This document shows, in pieces, positions 56,426 through 64,000 of a DNA stretch of 64,000 bases. The position numbers and the translations under genes are program-made. The first letter of the stretch is position 1. Each line of letters opens with the position of its first letter. Origin of the DNA: Minutocellus sp. GHC0000111 (taxonomy: Eukaryota); the NCBI GenBank assembly GCA_977018835.1, contig OZ361258.1, positions 868,001 through 932,000 of the forward strand, in the 5' to 3' direction. The notes below the pieces were generated by a model. The model saw only the letters and a list, made by a program, of their open reading frames with translations. It was not told the origin of the DNA and did not search any database.

Positions 56426-58934
56426 TTAGCGGATATCGGCGACGCCACGTGGGCCGCCACCAGTGCCACTCGATGCACCCTCATCGCCTTCACCGCCCTG
56501 GGCGTTGGCCTTGGCATTTGCCTCCTTGCGGAGAGTAATCTGCTGGTAGCGGCTCGATGCCTTGATGTCAGCGTCGAGAATGCGGATGCGGTCTGCCAGA
56601 TCGATGCACTGTTGCATCTGTCCAGCAAGGTCAGCACGGTACTCCTCTTCCTCGTCGCTGTCTTCGTCATCATCTTCATCAGCTGCGACAAAGTAGACCA
56701 TTCCATTTTCATGGTCAATCTTGGCAGAGATGTCGCCCTTGGCAACCATCATACGAACAAGGCCCTCAGCTTCGGCAGTACGACCTTTCAATCCAACATC
56801 GGAAGCCAGCGTTTCAAGCGAAACAACCTCATAGACAGCTGCCACAGCGTATACCTGACGAGACTGCATATCGGATTCCACCTTCTCAGCCAGTCCAGCG
56901 TTGCTATCAACGGCAAGGATATTGGCCATGGACCCCCGAACATCTCGGAACTTCTTGACATCATTGGAAGCAAAGGCATCGACGAGCGAATCATACCGAC
57001 CCAAATTGTAGCTGTTACCCTCTCGAAGACGGCGGGCCGAGTCGACCGTAGGTGCTCCACCACCCCCACCATCGCCTCCATCGACGCCTCCATCGGCCTT
57101 GGGTTTGCCGTCTGCGACCTCCGCCCCGGCGTCGGCGCCACTTGGCTGCCCCACGGCAGTTTCCGGTGCATCATCCTCGGCTCCGCTATCGGCCCTGACG
57201 CTGACTCGTCGTCCTTCGTCGAATGCAGAGGGAGACATGGCAACATCGTCGTCGTAGTAGTCCCCGGCAGCACCACGGCTGCGCTTGATCGATCCAGACG
57301 AGGATGATTTGCCAATATTCCCCCCGGGAAACTGCCCGGGTTGGTCCGGCGACGACGAGGAGAAGGATGGCGAGGCATTGGCCAGGAAGCGTTCCACAGC
57401 GGGAGATGCCGCGGCGTGGATGGAGAGAAGACGAGCCCTGGTGGTAGATCTGACCCTCTTGGCGGTTTCCTTGTCGTCTCCGTCGGAGTGGGCCGACGCA
57501 GCGGCTAGATCCGAGGGACCGATGGGGTCCGATAGGAGGCAACGGCACAGAAGCATCTTCTACCTGGCCGCGATGGTGATGGCACTCACGGTGAGGGAGG
57601 GGACGGTAAGGCAAACGGAGAAGGCGGCGACGGCACCCTCGAGATCATCGCAGCCGACGCGGATCATGCCAAGGTAGTAGAAGTATCGGAGGTAGGTTTC
57701 AGTGGTAACCCCGGGGAGTGTCTTGGCCGGTGCTGCCTTCTTCGGGATGGACTTTGGTGCGGAAGCTGCGGCAGGTGCAGAGGGGGGCTGGGCGGCAGAA
57801 CCTCCAGCCGCGGCTGCAGCAGCGCCGGTACCCTCATTCTGGAGGTCAATGGCCGACGCCATGCAGGCAGCCTTGGCGGCCGATACGGTCCGTACGGGGA
57901 TGTCGGTCAAAAGACGGACGGCGGCACGGTAATGCCCCGCTAGGAGGCAGCACTCGACCAGCTCGGGATGGGCTGGAGTTAGGACGGCACAGGGTGGAAG
58001 ATTCGGATCAGCGGTTCCATTGCCATTGCCAGCTTCGCCAGAGGAGGAGGCATCTACCATGGTGGCATCTCCTCCATTCTCATTGGCAGCTGCGGACACC
58101 GCGGGACGCTGATAGGCCGTGGCAATTTCCACCAGAGCCGGGACGATTCCCGATCGAGCGATATCAGTTCGGCGCTCCCGAAGGCACGTGGCGGCCGTCC
58201 CCGCGGCCTGTTTGGTGTATGATGAATGAATGAACGAATGAATAATTGAAGTCAAAAACCAATAAATAGACAGCCAAATTTAGGTCGCAACTGTGCTATA
58301 TTTGGCGTAGCACTGCGACATGAACTCTCCAGATATGCCAAAGCAGATCTACTTGCACGAGCGACGTGCCGATGGCAACAAAGAATGAGGCAGGCAGCAG
58401 GGTACCGTCCACATTCCATTACTCATCCGGATACTAGTACGCCACGACATGGTCATGGAGGCAAACAAACAAAACAATGAATACACATACCTTGACGCAC
58501 GTGGCAACCGCCTCGAGCTTGATGCCAGAATCGATGCACCCGACGAGGTTGGAGCTGTGGACGGTCAGCGTTTGTAGGTAGAGCAGGCACTCTTCCTGGC
58601 GCTGGGGAGATGCCGCCGCCGCCGGCGCGGCGTTGGCGCGGCCTCCCGCACCGGTGCCAGCACCAGCATCTGCTGCGCCAGCACGATCAGGTGCCGAGGA
58701 GGTACCAGCCGACACGACGGGGAACGGAGGGGCTCCGGCGCCCTGCTTGACGAAGGACGAGGAGGCGATGCCCGCCAACGTTTCGACGACGCCCGCGGGT
58801 CCGCCGGCCTGCTGCCGTAGGTCGGACACGGACGTCGTGGAGAGAGTGCGGAGGTGACTCAGGAGGGACTCGCCGCCGCCCGCGGCAGCGTCCGGGGCGG
58901 CGGCGGCTCCTGCAGCTGGTTGCTGGTCGGCCAT
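56426..58934 (-). CDS. CSN3: COP9 signalosome subunit 3 (PCI domain); intron 58208-58490; in-frame TAG at 57560-57562
   Basis: LTPAH..L..CCL, YLRYFYYLGMI, CLTVP...VSAI, D.N.GL, and PCI end MVAKGDISAKID...GMVYF. The ORFs either side of the TAG are in the same frame. Confidence 0.8.
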
Positions 58935-59156
58935 CGTTGCTTGGTAGATACGGCGCAACATATCATGTGATGAGAGCAAGCGAGGTGCAGGGTGTAGTGT
59001 GCCTGCCCGGATTTAGGGGTCTCCCTTTTTATTTTGCCCCTTTCCGCGCTCCTCTCAACGCCATCGTCATGGCATGGAGAGTGCAATTGCTGAGCCTGCG
59101 CAATGACGCTATAGTCGAGGCTCCCTCTCAACCCACCAATCAGTAAAGGGCAGAAG

Positions 59157-60506
59157 ATGAGAGACGAGCCTGTAGCATACGAGCAGGTTGGGGCGTTCGA
59201 TGATGACTGCGAAAGTGACACATCATCCTGTCATGACGAACTAACCAATGCTGAACCGTTACCGTCACAACCAACCACCACCAGTTGTTCCTTGCTTCGC
59301 ATCGGTGGTGCCCTGTCGGTGCTTGCTGGGGCCGTCTGTCTAGCGTCTGTGTATCAGCACGACGAGCGGTTTCAGTTCGTTCGGCAGCGATATCACGCCG
59401 GTGCCGCCAATGATAATGACAATAACCAACCGCCATCGGGACTGCATCTACATCATCATGGACAAGACCAACACATGCATGCCGACGGAGGAGGGAAAAT
59501 TGCGCCTGAGCTTGCCTATGAGACGGCACCGTTTGACATACCCTACACCAAAATCGAGTGCCAACCGTGCAGCAAGGCGTCGCATCTGATGAATCCGCTC
59601 GCACCTTACGCGATTATTGGTGGGGCCATGAAGGGCGGGACGAGAGCATTGCTCACGTATCTCAGCCAACATCCCGACGTGTACAGTCATCAGGGGAAGG
59701 AGATGCACATGCTGGACAATTCCAAGATCAAGGTGTTTGCAAGTCGAGACGATCCGGTGTGCGATCAGTGCAAGATATTGAACACCTACCGTGAGGTGTA
59801 CAGGGAACGGAAACGAAGTTCCCTCCTCCCTCGCGAGGAGAGGGAGAGGGATCTCATCTTCTTCGACAAGAGTCCAAGCTACATGGTGATGAGTCACATC
59901 ACCCCGCAACGCGTCCTTTGTGCATTTCCCGAAAAGGCCAAGGTGATATTTACGTTGCGGAATCCGGTCGATCGGAGCTATTCGCATTATCAGCACTGTG
60001 TTCACAAGTATCGTCACAAGAAAGAGAATCATGAATGTGGAGGGTCATTCGAGGACTATATCGACAAGGATTATGGCAGCCTGCTCGCCGCCGGCGTGTT
60101 CAATGCTTCATCCCCAATTGAGGAATTTGAGACCTTTTTGAGATACCACCATAGCAAGGGAAATGCCAAGAACTTTGCTTTGGCCAAGGGACTCTACGCC
60201 ATAACATTGAGACAGTGGATTGCAGTGTTCAGAGATCATTTCGGGGAGGATCATTGGCAAGATCATTTGATGATTATTGAATCCGAGAGAATGAGAGAAC
60301 ACAAACAGGAGGTGTTTGATGAAACATTGGACTTTTTGGACATGAAACCCTACGAGCTTCAGACAGAAGAGGAGTATCATGTTGGATCCTATGATCCCAT
60401 GTCGGATGAGATGAGGGCACGATTGGAAGAGCTATACCGACCATTCAATGCCCGACTCGTCCAGATGCTGTCGCCCTTAGGCATTGATATCAGTTGGGCA
60501 AAGTAA
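59157..60506 (+). CDS. Type II membrane sulfotransferase (heparan-sulfate 3-O-sulfotransferase-like)
   Basis: IIGGAMKGGTRAL (5'-PSB), FDKSPSY, LRNPVDRSYSHY (3'-PB), GLYA..L..W and YRPFNARL. Confidence 0.88.
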   Translation: MRDEPVAYEQVGAFDDDCESDTSSCHDELTNAEPLPSQPTTTSCSLLRIGGALSVLAGAVCLASVYQHDERFQFVRQRYHAGAANDNDNNQPPSGLHLHHHGQDQHMHADGGGKIAPELAYETAPFDIPYTKIECQPCSKASHLMNPLAPYAIIGGAMKGGTRALLTYLSQHPDVYSHQGKEMHMLDNSKIKVFASRDDPVCDQCKILNTYREVYRERKRSSLLPREERERDLIFFDKSPSYMVMSHITPQRVLCAFPEKAKVIFTLRNPVDRSYSHYQHCVHKYRHKKENHECGGSFEDYIDKDYGSLLAAGVFNASSPIEEFETFLRYHHSKGNAKNFALAKGLYAITLRQWIAVFRDHFGEDHWQDHLMIIESERMREHKQEVFDETLDFLDMKPYELQTEEEYHVGSYDPMSDEMRARLEELYRPFNARLVQMLSPLGIDISWAK

Positions 60507-60737
60507 AGGGGCTATATATTGGTCGTATCTATTCTAAAATAGAGGTGATCGGCTTTTAGATCTACATGTATGGTGGTCGGCCTCACGCTGATCGGCTTTG
60601 TGCAGGCCAAAGACACAGGTAAAGGCAAATGCACTTTGCTTTACTTTTGCAAAGCGACAGGCCGCGCCGATGGGGCGAGGTCAAAGAGCCAAGACCAAAG
60701 CGAGGCAGGAGTCCAGGGGGGCGTTGCTTAAAATAAG

Positions 60738-62210
60738 ATGGAACTGCTTCTGCGATTATTTGTGACCACAGCTGCCTGTGTCGGTGCTATTGTGCTGTTC
60801 GGCGTGGTCGCTTGCCGAATCTACTTTCGCGCCATTCGGTCCAAATCCAGACACCTTCCGCCCGATGACCCAACCGCCGGTAGCGTATGTGCAGAACGAA
60901 TGGTCGCATTCTACCATCCCAACTGTGCAGCTGGTGGCGGCGGCGAGCGTGTGCTATGGATGGCGATGAAGCGTCTTGGAGAAATGAAGGAGGCTGGTCT
61001 GCAAATACGGGTGGCCATCTACACCGCCGACGCACCGCGTTCAACATACAAGGAAGATGTGCTGTCGCATGCCAAGGAGAGATTTGGAATCAATGTCAGT
61101 CCATCGTTACCGATCACATTTGTGCATATCGATGAAGCCAAGAAGAGAATAACAACGTCACGACGCCTCTCAATGATTGCCGAATCTGCTGGCACTGTTC
61201 GGATGGCCTGGGCGGCGCTGCAGCAATTCACACCTGACGTGTATATCGACACGACAGGATGTGCGTTCACATTCCTTGTGGCGAAGATCCTGGCGGGTTG
61301 CAAGGTGGGGGCATACGTGCATTATCCAACCATTAGCACAGATATGCTCAATCTTGTATGGGCTCGGCGGCCGATGTACAATAACAATGCGCAAGTTGCC
61401 TCAAGCTCCGTGAGAACTTACATCAAATTGGTCTATTACACACTTTTTGCGGTGTGCTATGGAGCAGTCGGAAGTCTTTCTGATTTGGTAGTGGTCAATT
61501 CCTCGTGGACATTGAGTCATATTCAATTCTTGTGGAGATGTGCATCGAGAATATTTGTCGTCTTCCCACCGTGCGATACCAAAAGTCTCGAGGATCTGCC
61601 TTTGAGGGGACGAGAAGATGTCATAATATCGATAGGTCAGTTTCGGCCAGAGAAGGATCACCAACTTCAGCTCCGATCGTTTGCCAAGCTTCTCTCTCAA
61701 AATGACGACATACGAAAACGTCAAGTGAAGCTTGTGCTGATTGGAAGCTGCCGGGGTAATGATGACGATGCCAGAGTGACCGAACTGCGCAAGCTTGCGA
61801 AAGAATTGGAAATTGAGGACTCGGTAGAGTTTGTTCTCAATCAGCCCTATTCGGTTTTGAAGTCATGGCTTGGTCGTGCAAGTATCGGTATTCATACTAT
61901 GTGGAATGAACACTTTGGTATCGGCGTTGTCGAGATGCAAGCGGCGGGGTTGATAACCATTGCCCATGATTCAGGAGGCCCAAAGGCAGACATCATCGTC
62001 AAAACTGTCGATGGCAAGAGAACGGGATATCTTGCCAGCAGCGTGGACGAATATTCTAGTGCAATGTACAAAGCTTTTTATGGCGGAGCAGATAGCAAAG
62101 AGAACATGGATATTCGAGCTTGTGGGAGAGAATCCTCCAAGCGCTTCTCAGATCAAGTCTTTATGAGAGAGTTCAAAGACGCTATTGTTGCGTCGGAGAT
62201 ACTAAGATAA
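60738..62210 (+). CDS. ALG11: GDP-Man:Man3GlcNAc2-PP-Dol alpha-1,2-mannosyltransferase
   Basis: FYHPNCAAGGGGERVLW, YVHYPTISTDML, NSSWT, QFRPEKDH, HTMWNEHFGIGVVE and HDSGGP. Confidence 0.95.
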   Translation: MELLLRLFVTTAACVGAIVLFGVVACRIYFRAIRSKSRHLPPDDPTAGSVCAERMVAFYHPNCAAGGGGERVLWMAMKRLGEMKEAGLQIRVAIYTADAPRSTYKEDVLSHAKERFGINVSPSLPITFVHIDEAKKRITTSRRLSMIAESAGTVRMAWAALQQFTPDVYIDTTGCAFTFLVAKILAGCKVGAYVHYPTISTDMLNLVWARRPMYNNNAQVASSSVRTYIKLVYYTLFAVCYGAVGSLSDLVVVNSSWTLSHIQFLWRCASRIFVVFPPCDTKSLEDLPLRGREDVIISIGQFRPEKDHQLQLRSFAKLLSQNDDIRKRQVKLVLIGSCRGNDDDARVTELRKLAKELEIEDSVEFVLNQPYSVLKSWLGRASIGIHTMWNEHFGIGVVEMQAAGLITIAHDSGGPKADIIVKTVDGKRTGYLASSVDEYSSAMYKAFYGGADSKENMDIRACGRESSKRFSDQVFMREFKDAIVASEILR

Positions 62211-62487
62211 ACCCACAACATTTGCCAATTTTATGTAAATAGCCAATTCAATATTTATTTGCTTGTTCCTTGCCTCTTTCCTCTAGTAGCTACGTAGTAG
62301 CCAAGCCAACCTAACTACTCGACGACTACTCTAGTAGCTAGCTACGTAGCAACTTAGCTTTGCATGCACTCAATATTTGCATTTTGCTTCTGTCTTTTAC
62401 TACGTATTGATTATTATCTTTCTTTTAAAATTCAATCTTTTCGTCAAACAAACAAACAAACAAACATGTGACATTAGCTCAGGTTCC

Positions 62488-64000
62488 TCAAGCTACTGTT
62501 CCAGAAGGTGTCTTTCTGACAAGGTCAACCTTGGGAGGTCCTGAGAGATCTGGTGCTAGTGGCATGCCGACATTGGCATTGCCACTGGAAGCCTGGTGTC
62601 TAGATATCACTCGACTAAGACCAGTATTGTGAGTACCGGTATTGTCATTGGGAGTGTAGGCGAAGGCTCCCATCCAAGACTCTTTCTTCTGTAGGCGTGG
62701 GCGAGACGGAACGAACGGTGTTGACGGAGCAGATCTTTGGCGTTGGTCTTCGTCTTTATCCTCGGCTAAAAATGGGAGGCTGTCTGACCTCTTCATTGTA
62801 ATGCTACCAGTTCTTGCAATAATGCGCATGTCGGTGTCAGTTAAAGGAAGCGACTTTTTGGCTTTGCCATTGGCTTCGTAGGAATTGAGGGCGGTGTTTT
62901 CATTGCTGCTCACTTGAGAACACTCTGGTCTGAATTGGTCTGCCCAGCTTGATCTCTTTGTTGGGCGGATCGCCTGAAATTCCTCCTTAGCACGGGGACG
63001 AGGAAGAACAAGTCTCTCGAGACCGGCTGTTATTTCGACGACTCGGGATGTGGCTTCCTTCCACGCAAACTGCATTGCATCATCGCCAGCCGAAATAGCT
63101 CCGTAGACCTCGGTAATGAATCGTTTCTGTTGCTTCATGATTACTAGTTTCTCCATCGCCCGGCTCATCTCCACGCCTTTCTGTGTTTGGCTTCCAGCGC
63201 ACAAGATCATGAGCAAACGATTCTGCACCGTGATTGCCATGTCGGGGCCACCACAAATGTACAGGTGTGTTTTGGGGTTATGGAGTAGCGATAGGATGGT
63301 TTCAGACTCGCGCCCTAGCATGTCCTGAACGTACATTTTGTTTTCCATCTCTCGGCTGTAGGCGATGAAAGGGTTCACCCTACCTGCTCGTTCTAAGAAA
63401 CCAATTTCAGAGGCGAATGGGAGATCAGAGTGAGAACGACAGCCGAAGAAGAGATACATTGGATTACGAGCGCTGCTCATCCAGAATGATCGAAATGGAG
63501 CAATGCCAGTTCCAGTGGCAATCATGATGCACGGTGCATCCTCGTCGGCAGGGAGGTGAAGGTCAGTTTGAGAAAACACAGCTGTTGCCTTCTCATCAGC
63601 TTGAAGGGATCTCAACCAACGCGATGTAGTACCAGCCTGCCCGTTTGTAAACGTGTAAACGCTTTGGCAGACACTGATCGTTCGTTCCTCTCGAGACATG
63701 GATGCAATAGAGTAGAAGCGCGGATCCATGGCCGGGGCGCTCGACACTATCCACTGGAAAGGAACACTTCCTGGGGGCAACTCATTAATCAGATCCGTAA
63801 CACTCTTCTCTGTTTTGTCCTTGGTGGAGTTTCTTAATACCGACTCAATGATGTATTTCGCTTTCTCGTTGCCCGTCGCACTCCAGAGCTCAGCGAGGGA
63901 TGCAGTACTGACTGGACGGGCGAGGTCAACATCCATTTTCAAGACATCTCGAGCTCCTGGTATCGATTGAATGGTCCCATCGACCATGCGAAGGGTAAGA
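62488..64000 (-). CDS. C-terminal FAD/NADPH module of a diflavin reductase (NOS/CPR family) with a long C-terminal extension; 5' part lies outside the window
   Basis: PRFYSIAS, GTTSRWL, MIATGTGIAPFRSFW, LFFGCR, KMYVQD, YICG and ITEVYG. Confidence 0.8.
   Translation of the reverse strand, partial: LTLRMVDGTIQSIPGARDVLKMDVDLARPVSTASLAELWSATGNEKAKYIIESVLRNSTKDKTEKSVTDLINELPPGSVPFQWIVSSAPAMDPRFYSIASMSREERTISVCQSVYTFTNGQAGTTSRWLRSLQADEKATAVFSQTDLHLPADEDAPCIMIATGTGIAPFRSFWMSSARNPMYLFFGCRSHSDLPFASEIGFLERAGRVNPFIAYSREMENKMYVQDMLGRESETILSLLHNPKTHLYICGGPDMAITVQNRLLMILCAGSQTQKGVEMSRAMEKLVIMKQQKRFITEVYGAISAGDDAMQFAWKEATSRVVEITAGLERLVLPRPRAKEEFQAIRPTKRSSWADQFRPECSQVSSNENTALNSYEANGKAKKSLPLTDTDMRIIARTGSITMKRSDSLPFLAEDKDEDQRQRSAPSTPFVPSRPRLQKKESWMGAFAYTPNDNTGTHNTGLSRVISRHQASSGNANVGMPLAPDLSGPPKVDLVRKTPSGTVA

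Noticed and set aside
31537..57562. Alternative genetic code or systematic stop readthrough (TGA in HSF, TAG in CSN3)
   Set aside because: TGA and TAG terminate many intact genes in this window, and each case is one substitution from the expected sense codon.
1..64000. A window-wide sulfur-metabolism cluster (sulfatase, DMSP-like pair, sulfotransferases)
   Set aside because: These genes are spread among unrelated housekeeping genes, and no aminotransferase for the first DMSP step is visible.
1..64000. rRNA, tRNA or CRISPR features
   Set aside because: None recognised by eye; covariance-model searches were not possible.

Overview
Gene-dense eukaryotic nuclear DNA, almost certainly a diatom. 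The evidence is GT-AG introns, a silicanin-like gene, a DUF6824 protein, a VSA-F plastid presequence, a FEA1-type iron protein and HSF paralogs. About 27 protein-coding loci and two decayed DNA transposons are recognisable; I saw no RNA genes or CRISPR arrays. The standout is a head-to-head pair at 12.3-16.3 kb. One gene is an intronless three-domain fusion (SAM methyltransferase + D-2-hydroxyacid dehydrogenase + class II aldolase); the other is a standalone paralog of the same methyltransferase. These domains match the three post-transamination steps of algal DMSP synthesis (MTOB reduction, MTHB S-methylation, DMSHB decarboxylation), resembling bacterial DsyGD with a reductase inserted. This assignment is inference, not demonstrated. 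Other points of interest are a bacterial-style DUF1826/COG0523 zinc pair with an inverted-repeat promoter motif, a truncated silicanin next to a Transib/Chapaev(RAG1)-like relic, a DD38D mariner-like element carrying an antisense gene fragment, tandem HSFs (one with a nonsense codon) and a NOS-like reductase cut by the window edge. Several genes, including essential PRP16, carry small frameshifts that probably reflect assembly indels. All family calls come from motif recognition by eye, without database searches.
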